The position numbers and the translations under genes were made by a program. Shown piece after piece: positions 19,481 through 29,491 of a stretch of DNA of 64,000 bases. Numbering within the stretch: position 1 is the stretch's first letter; each line of letters starts with the position of its first letter. The DNA lies in the NCBI GenBank assembly GCA_963790475.1, contig CAWBOS010000010.1:288001-352000 (forward strand), read 5' to 3'. The stretch comes from an uncultured delta proteobacterium. Lineage in GTDB: Bacteria > Desulfobacterota > RBG-13-43-22. The notes beneath the pieces were generated by a model. The model was not told the DNA's origin and ran no database searches. It saw only the letters and a program-made list of their open reading frames with translations.

Positions 19481-19960
19481 CTATTGGTTAGGCGTCAAAA
19501 GCTTTTTCTCGTCGGTTGTCCTTCGTTTGATAAAATGCCTCACTCTTCCAGGTAGTTGAAAGGTGGCGAACAAGGGCAAAACAAGGAGTGCAGAGAGCGG
19601 GGTCAGCAAGGTGCCCAAAACAACCGAAATCCCGAATCGCCGGGTGGGAGGAAAACCGGAAAGAATGAATATTCCAAAGCCGTGCAGACCGCGGGCATCG
19701 AATAGAGAGTAGGTTTCCATAGCCGAGAGCAGACGGCCGACCAGGCTTCCCGGGAGCGCGTGCCGGACGGGTGTCTCCTCACCCATACGAGCAGGTGAAT
19801 CATGGCATCGACACCTATGCCGATGGCGATATTGGCGCCCGGTGCTGAAATAATATCCACCGGGACGCGGAAATGACCGAGGAGACCGAGCATCAAGACG
19901 GGGATGATCGCCAAACTGATGAATACCGCCCCGATCACACGAAATGAGCGGGAGATTAGG
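19481..19960 (-). pseudogene. C-terminal fragment of an MMPL/RND transporter
   Basis: ANIAIGIGVDAMIH and FPPTRRFGISVVLG in two frames. Confidence 0.6.
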
Positions 19961-20291
19961 CCCCCATGATCGTAAACAACACGGTCACCATCGATTCTTC
20001 CGGGAATTCGACCGAGAGGTGAGCCAATCCAAGCCCAAACCCCCTTCAGTGAAGGAGTGAATTGAAAAGAATTTCCTTTTTGATAGGAAGGAAGCTGAGA
20101 ATCCGACGAGTCTATCTGAAATTCGAGGGCCAAAATACCTTATTTCTTAGCCAAAAATACTGAGTTTATTCTATTTCTTTACACCATTTTTTCCCATATC
20201 GTAAAATAGATAGAATATGATTCGAATAACCCAGGGCCGAAGACCGTTGCAGTCGATTCGATTGATTCGTCTAAAAAAGGAGACCAGGCCT

Positions 20292-20520
20292 ATGAAACCG
20301 ATGATCCTTATCGGAATTGTTTAATCATTTCCGGGTAGCAGCTCTTACCTACCAGGGCGTTACTTATACAACCCGTGAAAAGGTTCTCGATATCGGTCCT
20401 AATCCAAGCCACCAAAAAGACGGAGAAAACCATCCCATTGCCACCTCTCCTCCGCGGGGTCGCACTTGCAGCCGGGATTGTGTTGCTCATCAAGGGATCG
20501 AAGAAGTGAAGTGCCGGTGT
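20292..20520 (+). pseudogene. Frameshifted small membrane protein (DUF3185-like)
   Basis: MKPMILIGIV / ALTYQGVTYTTREKVLDIGP / ATKKTEKTIPLPP in different frames. Confidence 0.55.
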
Positions 20521-20555
20521 TTCCGGGTCAGTATCAAAATAAGGAGGTGATTCCA

Positions 20556-20699
20556 GTGATTCGAAAAGTCAAGGAGGGTTATCGTGTGGTTTCTGAAAGC
20601 GGGCGCAACATGGGAACCTATGCAACTAAAGAAGAGGCAGAGAAACGTTTAAAACAAATTGAATATTTTAAACATAAAAAGAATAGAACAGACTCCTGA
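20556..20699 (+). CDS. Small basic hypothetical protein (47 aa)
   Basis: Strong AAGGAGGT RBS, GTG start, IRKVKEGYRVVSESGRNMGTYATKEEAEKRLKQIEYFKH. Confidence 0.7.
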   Translation: MIRKVKEGYRVVSESGRNMGTYATKEEAEKRLKQIEYFKHKKNRTDS

Positions 20700-20874
20700 G
20701 ACCGTTTCAGCGAACCAATGGCCGAAGGAGAGGCCGCGCCCGAGAATAGGGAAGGACCTCAAACTCCCTTCATCCTTTGGGCCAAGAGGGGTATATTAAA
20801 ATCCGATTGATTCCACGAAGGCTGCCGGGGGTGATCTGAAAAAAGATTGAGGTTGCACGAAGGGAGGTAACGTT

Positions 20875-21262
20875 ATGGCAATGACGGGGGCTGACATACT
20901 GATCGAAACGATTATGGATTGGGGGGTGGATGTCATTTTCGGGCTGCCCGGAGATGGAATCAATGGAATCATTGAGGCCCTGCGTAATCGACAAGACAGA
21001 GTCCGTTTCATCCAGGTCCGCCACGAGGAATCCGCCGCTTTCATGGCCTGCGCCTACTCCAAATATACCGGGAAACTTGGGGTCTGCTTAGCCACCTCCG
21101 GTCATTATTGAAGCCGTCGTCGATCCCCATGAGCCCCCCTATCCTGCAAGAATCAAGCTTGAACAGGTTGAAAAAATGGCTGAAGCCCTTGCCAAAGGAA
21201 CGCCCTATAGAGGGGAGATTATAATGACCATTCTGTCGGATAAAGTTCGTGAACTCCTTTAA
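20875..21262 (+). pseudogene. Pyruvate oxidase-like ThDP enzyme with a large internal deletion
   Basis: N-terminus FGLPGDG...VRHEESAAF...ATSG joined directly to C-terminus IIEAVVDPHEPP...ILSDKVRELL. Confidence 0.8.
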
Positions 21263-21391
21263 TCTGCTGCTTTTACCTTTGTTAGTACTGCAGGAAAATC
21301 CCAAGCCCCGGCCTTTCCGATGCTCCGTTAAAGAATTAATGATGCGGGGCATGATGAGAGCGGCTGGTAATGAACTTAGGAGGATAAAACT

Positions 21392-21880
21392 ATGGCAGAG
21401 GAGAAAACATTGAAACGTGCGCGTCGTGATGCGCAGGAGGGAAAAGCTGCGAGCACACAGGCTGGTGAGTTCGTTCGCGAAGAGATAGAACACATCCGTG
21501 AGGGGAAGCATGGCGCGCGATCGACCAAGCAGGCGATTGCCATCGGCCTCTCGAAAGCACGCCGCGCCGGAGTACCCCTTCCCCCTCCTGAGAAGGAAAA
21601 GACTTCCGAGAAAACGCGTAAGAGCGCCGAGCGTGCCTACGAAAAAGGGCAGGCTCATGATCCGATCTCTCCTCGGCGTTCAGAAGCAAGAGAGATGGCA
21701 CTGAAGCAAGAGTCGCGTGAGGCAGCCACGCCCTACGGCACTTTCGCGCCAGGCCCGGGCTTCCGCTGCTCAGAGAACGCCGGAAGAGCGCTCCGCTGCG
21801 GCACGAAAAGCGGCCCGCACCAAGGGACCTCGTGGACGATCAGAAGCGGCCAAAAAGGCGGCAAGAACACGGACCCATAA
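21392..21880 (+). CDS. DUF6496-like basic protein; probable frameshift near 21731
   Basis: HGARSTKQAIAIGLSKARRAG; the Ala/Arg/Lys-rich tail resumes in another frame. Confidence 0.65.
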   Translation: MAEEKTLKRARRDAQEGKAASTQAGEFVREEIEHIREGKHGARSTKQAIAIGLSKARRAGVPLPPPEKEKTSEKTRKSAERAYEKGQAHDPISPRRSEAREMALKQESREAATPYGTFAPGPGFRCSENAGRALRCGTKSGPHQGTSWTIRSGQKGGKNTDP

Positions 21881-21893
21881 AGAGTAGAAGGCC

Positions 21894-22199
21894 ATGGAAC
21901 GAAAAGCAGGGAAACGCTGGTCGAAAAGTGTTATGGAAACAAGCAATGCCCTTGATCTCGAAGAAGGCGTCTTCAAAAAAGATAGCCCGCAAGAAATAGC
22001 AAAATCGCTGAAGCGCTCCGCGGAACGAAGCAGGCGCAGAAAATCCGGGCCTTTCGCATCGGCGATGTCCATGCTCAACTTCTACATCAACCGGGCGGGT
22101 AAAAACCTTCCTGATAACGAGAAAGAGAGGCTGGATGCGGCCAAGGACGAATTGCGCGAGTTGTATCATCGGCCGAAGCGGAGCGCTGCAAAGTCATAG
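21894..22199 (+). CDS. DUF3175 family protein
   Basis: SNALDLEEGVF, SAMSMLNFYINRAGKNL. Confidence 0.8.
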   Translation: MERKAGKRWSKSVMETSNALDLEEGVFKKDSPQEIAKSLKRSAERSRRRKSGPFASAMSMLNFYINRAGKNLPDNEKERLDAAKDELRELYHRPKRSAAKS

Positions 22200-22326
22200 A
22201 GAGTGGTGCGAGAAATGGTATTAGTCAACTATTGTCGGCCTGCTCGGCCCTTTCTTCGCTGTAACCGTATCTAAGAAATGGAGTACGGACAGGGGGCGGG
22301 TGACCAAGAACATTCAGGAGGCTTTT

Positions 22327-22800
22327 ATGACTGATCAAAGCAAGCAAATGAGTCTCTTCAGCCGGTCGCTGACCGGTTTTATTGCTGGTTTTATAGCCAC
22401 GTTGATCTTCCACCAGTTGACGGTGGCCTTCCTCCGGGGAGTGGGAGTGGCGCCCTTCTTACCTTTTTCATGGACGCCAACAGAACCGTTCGGGGTGCCG
22501 GCGGTGCTCTCGCTGTCATTCTGGGGGGGCCTCTGGGGCATTATCTTTGCGCTGGTCCATGGCAGTTTTCCGCAGGGGGGCGGTTACTGGGTGGTGGCTT
22601 TTCTGTTCGGGGCCGTCCTTCCTTCTCTGGTCGCTCTTGTGGTGGTCCTGCCGCTCAAAGGACGACCCATGGGCGGAGGCTGGCACTTATCTCTGCTCGC
22701 AACCGCGTTCTTTGCTAACGGTGCCTGGGGTGTCGGCACCGGGGTCTTCCTCAAGGCATTGCGGGGTTGGTTCAGCGGATCGCGTGGCGCCGGAGTTTGA
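22327..22800 (+). CDS. Membrane protein
   Basis: GGAGG RBS; four hydrophobic segments; PFGVP..LSLSFWGGLWG. Confidence 0.7.
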   Translation: MTDQSKQMSLFSRSLTGFIAGFIATLIFHQLTVAFLRGVGVAPFLPFSWTPTEPFGVPAVLSLSFWGGLWGIIFALVHGSFPQGGGYWVVAFLFGAVLPSLVALVVVLPLKGRPMGGGWHLSLLATAFFANGAWGVGTGVFLKALRGWFSGSRGAGV

Positions 22801-23084
22801 ATTTATGGAAGCGCGTTTCTGGCTGAGAGGGACTTCTTTGGCCTGATGCCCGAGGAAGCGAAACAGCACGAGCCAGCACTACCGTACACACAAAGGCTGA
22901 GCCCTTTCCCCGATCCGGTTGGGCCTCACCCATGAAGGCATCGCCTCCTGGAAAGACCACTTGCACCCATAGTGGAATTCCTGCCGCCCGGGCCCCCAGC
23001 GGCAATCCCATCGATATTCCATCGTGATTATTTGTCTTCGAGTTTCCATTATTATGAAGGAAATCAGCCGATCCGAGACAACCA

Positions 23085-23111
23085 TTGACAATTTCTCCTT
23101 ATTGTTATAAT
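23085..23111 (+). promoter_or_regulatory. Promoter upstream of fabG
   Basis: TTGACA, then TG-n-TATAAT (15-nt spacer); 11 nt before the ATG. Confidence 0.5.
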
Positions 23112-23122
23112 TAAGATACCCG

Positions 23123-23851
23123 ATGGATAAACATAAAATTGCACTGGTTACCGGCGGAAGCAAAGGAATCGGGGCGGCCATCGCCCTGACCCTGGCCGAG
23201 GACGGTTTTGATATTTGGCTTAACTACCGGAGCGACAAGGAAGCGGCCTCCAAGGTTTCAAGAACGATTGAGCAGGCCGGAGGAAGGTGCCGCTTACTCC
23301 CTTTTGACGTTTCCAACCCGCAGGATATCCAGACCCATCTGCTTCCCTTGCTGGAAAATGAAACGCCTTATGCCTTGATCAATAACGCCGGGTTTACCTG
23401 TGATGTGATCCTGGCCTGGATGACCGAGGAAGAATGGACGGATGTCCTCTCGGTCACCCTGGGCGGTTTCTTCCAGGTCACAAAACCGGTGATCAACGCC
23501 ATGTTAAGAAAAAGGGAAGGCCGCATCATCAACATTGCTTCCACTTCAGGCCAGAGCGGAATGGCCGGCCAGACCAATTATTCGGCGGCCAAGGCCGGGC
23601 TGATCGGGGCTACCAAGGCTTTAGCGGCCGAAGTGGGCAAAAGGAATATTCTGGTCAACGCTGTTTCTCCCGGGTTCATTGAAACGGAAATGGTCAAAGA
23701 GCTTCCCCGGGAGAAAGTCCTGCCGATGATCCCCCTGGGGCGTTTCGGAACCCCCCGAGAAGTGGCCGGAGTAGTGAGCTTTCTGTGCTCGGATAAGGCC
23801 TCGTACATCACCGGACAGGTGATTTCCGTCAATGGGGGCGCTTACCGGTGA
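23123..23851 (+). CDS. fabG: 3-oxoacyl-ACP reductase
   Basis: TGGSKGIG, NNAG, YSAAK, VSPGFIET. Confidence 0.9.
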   Translation: MDKHKIALVTGGSKGIGAAIALTLAEDGFDIWLNYRSDKEAASKVSRTIEQAGGRCRLLPFDVSNPQDIQTHLLPLLENETPYALINNAGFTCDVILAWMTEEEWTDVLSVTLGGFFQVTKPVINAMLRKREGRIINIASTSGQSGMAGQTNYSAAKAGLIGATKALAAEVGKRNILVNAVSPGFIETEMVKELPREKVLPMIPLGRFGTPREVAGVVSFLCSDKASYITGQVISVNGGAYR

Positions 23852-23960
23852 AATTAATCCCCATTGGCTGACAGGTATTTATTCAAATCCGGCCGGCTTT
23901 CCCCGTTAATAACCTGCGCCTTAACCTGTCAAAAAATCGATAGGGGAAAAATATCCCGGC

Positions 23961-24824
23961 ATGATAAACGCCTTGGTTTTTGACATTGATGACCTGGCCT
24001 ACAGCCTTAACGAAGTGAAAGGGACCAGCCTTCCCAATCGATATCTCGTGGAACAGGAAACCTACGCCTTATTGGAATCCTTAGACGTTTTGGCCATTAA
24101 GGCCACCATGTTCATTCCGGGATATGTAGCCCAGCTTTTCCCCGGTCTGGTCCGGGAGATCGACCGATCCGGACATGATATCGGATCGCACGGCTTCAAA
24201 CATTGGGTGGCCAGCCGCCTGCAAAGAAAAGGGTTCCATGAAGATGCTTCGGCCGGCAAAAAGATATTAGAAGATATCCTGTCCAAAGAGGTTGATACTT
24301 TCAGGGCCCCCGACTGGGGGATTTCTCCCAACACCCTTTGGGCTTATGAAGAATTGATTGCCCTGGGTTACCGGGTGGACAACAGCGCCCAACCCTCCTT
24401 ATTAAAATCACTGGGAAGGCTCCCGGAAGATATGACCCCTTTTTTCTATCACGGGGCCTTAACCATTATACCGGTGACCTCTTACCGGTTATGGGGAAAG
24501 GTTTTCCCTTTCAACGGCGGGCTTTTTTGCAGTTATGTGCCCATAAGTATCCAGATCAGCCACTACCAACATTTGAACCAAAAGGGGATTCCGATTAATT
24601 ACTATTGTCATCCCTATGAATTTTGTCCGCAGGGGATGAATAGACAGACCTGGAAATACGGTTCAATTCGGGCGGCTTTTTACGGGATCCACTTTGGACG
24701 ATATCGAGAAACCCTAACCCGGCTGGCCAGGGTTTTCAAATTTGCCCCGCTGCAAACCGCTTATCACCGGTTCCTCCAATACCAGGACCAGGGATCTATT
24801 TCGATCCCGGAGGCCTTACACTGA
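23961..24824 (+). CDS. Polysaccharide deacetylase family protein
   Basis: FDIDD, GSHGFKH, FRAP, YCHPYE. Confidence 0.8.
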   Translation: MINALVFDIDDLAYSLNEVKGTSLPNRYLVEQETYALLESLDVLAIKATMFIPGYVAQLFPGLVREIDRSGHDIGSHGFKHWVASRLQRKGFHEDASAGKKILEDILSKEVDTFRAPDWGISPNTLWAYEELIALGYRVDNSAQPSLLKSLGRLPEDMTPFFYHGALTIIPVTSYRLWGKVFPFNGGLFCSYVPISIQISHYQHLNQKGIPINYYCHPYEFCPQGMNRQTWKYGSIRAAFYGIHFGRYRETLTRLARVFKFAPLQTAYHRFLQYQDQGSISIPEALH

Positions 24825-24929
24825 AAGGGTTCTTCTGGGTTGTGCTCTCGAACCGTTTTTGCTATAATACTTTATTTCGATTTGAGCTTAGTCCCTGAAA
24901 GAAAGACCTGAGAAAGAAATTAACCTGGA

Positions 24930-25040
24930 ACCGCGATTACCGGCGTCGGCATCATCTCCTGTCCGGGGAAGGACGTAGAAACCGTTGATCGTCCCCTTGT
25001 CAGATGAAATCCGGCATTATCATTGACGAGAAAAAGAAAG
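24930..25040 (+). pseudogene. Ketosynthase N-terminal remnant
   Basis: TAITGVGIISCPGKDVETV with no start codon or continuation. Confidence 0.45.
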
Positions 25041-25149
25041 TGCTGAAATGCTTACCTTGGGCCATATACTTCGATCCGTCATCAACAGAATCCGCATTTT
25101 GAATCAATCTGAAGGTGTCTGATAACCACCCCAATAGGAAGGCCGAAGA

Positions 25150-25587
25150 ATGAACAAGTCTCCGAATTTCCCCATCCCGGTGGAACAATTGATTCCGCAC
25201 CGGCTTCCCCTGCGCCTCGTTGATCGCCTTTTGGATTATAACGGGCTCCTGGGGGTGGTGGAGTCAACTCTCTTGCCCGACAGTATTTGCATCCGGGATG
25301 ACGGTTCGATCGAGCAGGCGGCCATGGTGGAAATGATTGCCCAATCTTTTGCGGCGGTCAAGGGTTTTGCCGACCATCAGGAGGGAAAACAGGTCAACAG
25401 GGGTTTTTTAGTGGGGGTCAGGCAGTTCACTTTCCAGGGAACGGCCTATAAGAATGAGCGGTTGTTGATTTATATTACAAAAACCGGGGAGACGGACGAA
25501 TTTGCCCTGGCTGAGGGTCGGGTGACGCGTGAGGGAGAGGTGCTGGCCTTCGGAAATGTCATGGTTTGGATTCCCAGGGAGGGTTGA
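25150..25587 (+). CDS. Hotdog-fold dehydratase (ApeP-like)
   Basis: LIPHRLPLRLVD, EMIAQS, GFLVG. Confidence 0.8.
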   Translation: MNKSPNFPIPVEQLIPHRLPLRLVDRLLDYNGLLGVVESTLLPDSICIRDDGSIEQAAMVEMIAQSFAAVKGFADHQEGKQVNRGFLVGVRQFTFQGTAYKNERLLIYITKTGETDEFALAEGRVTREGEVLAFGNVMVWIPREG

Positions 25588-26249
25588 TGTTTTTCAAGCA
25601 ATGTTTCACATTATCCCTTGTCTTTTTTTCCTGCCTCTGTTGGGGGCCCTCGGATCCGGCGGCAGAGATAAAAACCGAGCCGAAGGCCAAAGATTTAAAA
25701 TCTCAAATCTTTACCCATATTGCCGCCGGTGCCGAAACCATGCAAAACATCTCCAGCGATTTTTCTCAGGAAAGACACCTTTCCATGTTGAAAGAGCCCT
25801 TGATCTCCACTGGAAAGTTTGCTTATGAAAAACCTGATCACCTTTACTGGGAGATTGTTAAACCGTCTCCGGCAGGATTTGTGGTTCAGGGGGACAAGGC
25901 CAAGCGATGGACCAGCGACCCACGGATCACCGAAACCGTGGAGATAGATCAGGTCCCGATGGTCCGGGCTATTGTCGATCAGGTATTTGCCTGGACCAGG
26001 GCTGATTTCCCGCGGCTTGAAAAAAGGTACCGGATTATTGTGACCGAAGAGACTCCTCACCTGTTGAAGCTCATCCCCCTTTCTTCCCAGGAAAAGAGAT
26101 TTCTTTCTCATATCACCATTGCCTTTTCCGAAGACTGGACCTATGTCCGTTCCGTCGAGCTACACGAAAAAGGCGGAGATTTCACCCGAATCCGGTTTCT
26201 CAACCCTCTTTTGAATTCATCCCTGCCGAAAGACCTTTTTGAAAAATAA
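25587..26249 (+). CDS. LolA-like periplasmic carrier protein
   Basis: Signal peptide; FSQERHLSML...G.F...KP..LYWE. Confidence 0.8.
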   Translation: MFFKQCFTLSLVFFSCLCWGPSDPAAEIKTEPKAKDLKSQIFTHIAAGAETMQNISSDFSQERHLSMLKEPLISTGKFAYEKPDHLYWEIVKPSPAGFVVQGDKAKRWTSDPRITETVEIDQVPMVRAIVDQVFAWTRADFPRLEKRYRIIVTEETPHLLKLIPLSSQEKRFLSHITIAFSEDWTYVRSVELHEKGGDFTRIRFLNPLLNSSLPKDLFEK

Positions 26250-28642
26250 TGGCCTCTTTCTTTTCCTGGTTTTCAAGATGTTTTGATTTTTTTTCAGGTC
26301 ACAGATTGGTCCTGTATGCCGCCATCCTGATCATCGCCGCATTAAGCGGTATCACCTTAAAGAGCATAAAACTCAATGAAGACCTTCAACCTATGATACC
26401 TGCCGGGCAATCCGAAACCGCCCGAGATATCGCTTTACTGCAGCAGGCGCCTTTTATGCAAAAGGTCGTATTCAACCTCAAGGCCAATCCGCAGGTCGAC
26501 CAAAAGACCCTGGCTCAAGCGGCGGACAACCTGGCTGGGGCCTTAAAAAGGCCTTTTTACGACCGGGCGATCGCCGGGCCTCCGATGCCCTCACCGGAGG
26601 TGTTCTTCCCCTGGCTTCTGGAGGCCGCACCGGCGCTGATGACCGAGAAGGACCGGCAAGAAATCAAGTCGGGGCTGTATTCTCAAAGGATCCATTCCAA
26701 ACTTCAGGACATCCGGACCAGGCTGAATTCGCCGGAAGGATGGGTTATGAAAAACCTTTTGCAAGAAGATCCCCTGGATCTGCACCGGGTCACCCTGGAC
26801 AAATTTCGCTTCCTGAATATGTTTAAAGGGATGGTCCTTAAGGACCGGCATTTTATCAGTGCCGACGGGCGGAATGCCCTGGTCGTGGCCGATACTCCCC
26901 TGAAAATTACCGATTCCCAAGGGTCAAAAGACCTGATTTTATACACCCGGAAAATCATCGAAAACCAGACCCAGCCGGGCATCAGCGTTTCTTTCCTATG
27001 TGGCCACGCTTATACTTATGCCAATGCTGAGACGATAAAATCCGATCTCTATGTTATATTCTCCTGCACCTCGATAACGATTCTGGTCCTCCTTTTCCTT
27101 TTTATGCAGAATTGGAGGGCCGTCTTTGTCTTCCTGGTACCCGCTTCGGTAGTCTTAATTGCTACAGCCGGGGTGGTGGCTGTCTATCAGACGATATCGG
27201 CCATCACCATCGCCTTCGGTTCCGTGCTTATGGGTATTGCCGATGATTACCCGATATTCACCTATTTCTCCCTGAGGAACCGGAAGGCCTATTCCGGGGA
27301 GGCGGTAGCCGAAATTGCGCCTCCGGTCCTCTTCAGCGGGTTGGCCACCATGGCCACCTTCAGCGCCCTTTTTTTTTCCGATCTTCCCGGCCAGCGTCAA
27401 ATCGCTTTTTTTTCCATTGTAGGCATCATCGCCTCCCTGGCCTTTTCCCTTCTGGTTTTGCCCCACTTCATCCACGGACTGCCGCCGGCCCGGTACTCCA
27501 TAAAAACCGGGATGCCTATCAAGGGCAGGCCCTATCGGGTCCTTATCCTCGGCAGTTGGCTGCTCCTGTTGGCTATCGGCCTATGGCAGGGAAGCCGGCT
27601 GATCTTTAACGGGGATATGCGAACGGTCAACAGGGTCCCCAAGGCATTAATGGAAACGGAAGAGAAATTCAAAAAAACCTGGGGTGATTTCCGGGAAACG
27701 GCCATGGTTTTCACCGAGGGGAAAGACCTTCAGTCGGCCATGGTCGACAATGAACGTTTATTCGCCTATCTCAAAAGAAAAATCCCCGATGAAGGGATCG
27801 TAAGCCTCGCCCCCCTTTTCCCCTCAAAGGCAACCCAGGAGGAAAATATCCGGCGATGGGAAACCCTGTGGGACAAAGAGACCCAAAACAAGGTCCGGAC
27901 CCTTTTGATCAGGGAAGGAGACAGGGCTGGTTTTCAGCCCCGGGCCTTTGCTCCTTTTTTTGAAAGATGGTCGCTTAAACCCACCCTGGTTACTCTGGAA
28001 GGTGTTAAAAGAGCAGGGTTTGGCGATTTAATCAATTCGCTGATCATCACCCAGGGCAATACAACCCGGGTGATCACCCTGGTTCCGGACACCCTACAGG
28101 TGGCGGCACTTTTCGGTCATAATGAGAATCTTCCTTTCGCCGCCCGTTTTGTATCCCAAACGGGTTTCAATCAAACCATCAGCCGGGCCATGATCAGAAA
28201 TTTTATTCAATATATCATCACCGCCTCCTTGGTGATCCTGGTGTTCCTGGTGCTGCTTTTCCGCAATCCGAGAAAGGTGTTCTGCGCCATGATCCCTGGG
28301 ATCACCGGTCTTCTGGTTATGTTCGGTGTTATGGGATGGCGGGGGATTGAATTTAATCTGTTCAATATCATCGCTACCATCCTGGTCATCGGGTTGAGCG
28401 TCGATCTGGGTATTTTTATGGTCAGCCGGGTTTCCGGAGGCTATGACTCCAACACCGGCCCGGCCGTTCTTCTCGGGGGATTAACCAGTCTGGTAGGGAT
28501 GGGGGCTTTAACTCTGGCCCGCCATCCGGCCCTTTATTCCATCGGCATAACCGTGCTTCTGGGCATGTGCGGGGCTATCCCTTCGGCCCTTCTGGTCATC
28601 CCCGTCTTTTTTAATTCAAAAAAGGACAGAAAAAATGGATAA
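26249..28642 (+). CDS. MMPL-family exporter
   Basis: Two TM repeats; GIADDY and GLSVDLG. Confidence 0.85.
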   Translation: MASFFSWFSRCFDFFSGHRLVLYAAILIIAALSGITLKSIKLNEDLQPMIPAGQSETARDIALLQQAPFMQKVVFNLKANPQVDQKTLAQAADNLAGALKRPFYDRAIAGPPMPSPEVFFPWLLEAAPALMTEKDRQEIKSGLYSQRIHSKLQDIRTRLNSPEGWVMKNLLQEDPLDLHRVTLDKFRFLNMFKGMVLKDRHFISADGRNALVVADTPLKITDSQGSKDLILYTRKIIENQTQPGISVSFLCGHAYTYANAETIKSDLYVIFSCTSITILVLLFLFMQNWRAVFVFLVPASVVLIATAGVVAVYQTISAITIAFGSVLMGIADDYPIFTYFSLRNRKAYSGEAVAEIAPPVLFSGLATMATFSALFFSDLPGQRQIAFFSIVGIIASLAFSLLVLPHFIHGLPPARYSIKTGMPIKGRPYRVLILGSWLLLLAIGLWQGSRLIFNGDMRTVNRVPKALMETEEKFKKTWGDFRETAMVFTEGKDLQSAMVDNERLFAYLKRKIPDEGIVSLAPLFPSKATQEENIRRWETLWDKETQNKVRTLLIREGDRAGFQPRAFAPFFERWSLKPTLVTLEGVKRAGFGDLINSLIITQGNTTRVITLVPDTLQVAALFGHNENLPFAARFVSQTGFNQTISRAMIRNFIQYIITASLVILVFLVLLFRNPRKVFCAMIPGITGLLVMFGVMGWRGIEFNLFNIIATILVIGLSVDLGIFMVSRVSGGYDSNTGPAVLLGGLTSLVGMGALTLARHPALYSIGITVLLGMCGAIPSALLVIPVFFNSKKDRKNG

Positions 28643-29012
28643 CCTGAGATCCGCCATCAGATTATCGGCCTCGGGGCCGATCAGGGAAACAGAGCCCGGC
28701 ACCTTTGTCCGGCCCTATAATTTTCCCTCTGATTTTATAGGATTTTCCGGTCATTTTCCCGGATACCCCATCCTTCCCGCATTTGTCCAGGTACTCACGG
28801 TGCTGACCATGGCCGAAGAAGTTAAAGGCCGCCGTCTCCAGGTCCTGACCCTGGAAAAGGCCAAATTTCAAAAGGAAGTTTTTCCCGGTCAAGAAATAAT
28901 AGTAAAATACCGGGAAAGGATCACCCAAGGAAAGAAGAAGATCGAAGCCACCTTTACAGTCGGGGAAAACCCAGCGGCTTCTTTCCTGCTCACTATTACT
29001 GAAGAAGAATGA
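28635..29012 (+). CDS. FabZ/ApeI-like dehydratase
   Basis: FSGHFPGYPILPA. Confidence 0.8.
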   Translation: MDNLRSAIRLSASGPIRETEPGTFVRPYNFPSDFIGFSGHFPGYPILPAFVQVLTVLTMAEEVKGRRLQVLTLEKAKFQKEVFPGQEIIVKYRERITQGKKKIEATFTVGENPAASFLLTITEEE

Positions 29013-29491
29013 CAGAGAGGTTTGGAACCATGCGTAAATTCTATTTTCCTTCCATAAAAGGGAGTCCTCCACCTCTTCGGATCCGGGTGGAACGAAGGGT
29101 GCGATTTGAGGAGGTGGACCAACTCGGCATCGTCTGGCATGGCCGATATGCCAGCTTTTTTGAAGATGCGCGCAGTGCAGCGGGAGAGAAGTACGGTTTT
29201 GGTTATTCAGACTTCCATAAGAATGAGGTCATCGCACCGATTAGGATCCTGCATACGGAATTCCTGCTTCCTTTAAAATTTGACGAAACCTTTGTGATCG
29301 AAGGGGCTCTTCATTGGACCGAGGCGGTGAAGATCAATATCGAGTACCTCATATGGAACTCCGAAGGCCGCTTGGCAACCACCGGCTACACGGTGCAGGT
29401 GCTGCTGGATAAGGACGAACAGCTCCTTCTGATTCCCCCTCCCTTTTACCAGGAATTTCGCAGAAAATGGCGGGCCGGAGAATTCGAATGA
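29009..29491 (+). CDS. Acyl-CoA thioesterase (4HBT family)
   Basis: VRFEEVDQLGIVWHGRY..FFEDAR. Confidence 0.88.
   Translation: MTERFGTMRKFYFPSIKGSPPPLRIRVERRVRFEEVDQLGIVWHGRYASFFEDARSAAGEKYGFGYSDFHKNEVIAPIRILHTEFLLPLKFDETFVIEGALHWTEAVKINIEYLIWNSEGRLATTGYTVQVLLDKDEQLLLIPPPFYQEFRRKWRAGEFE

Noticed and set aside
22870-23011. Possible histidine-kinase C-terminal remnant (GKGSAF) on the minus strand
   Set aside because: Too short and degenerate to support
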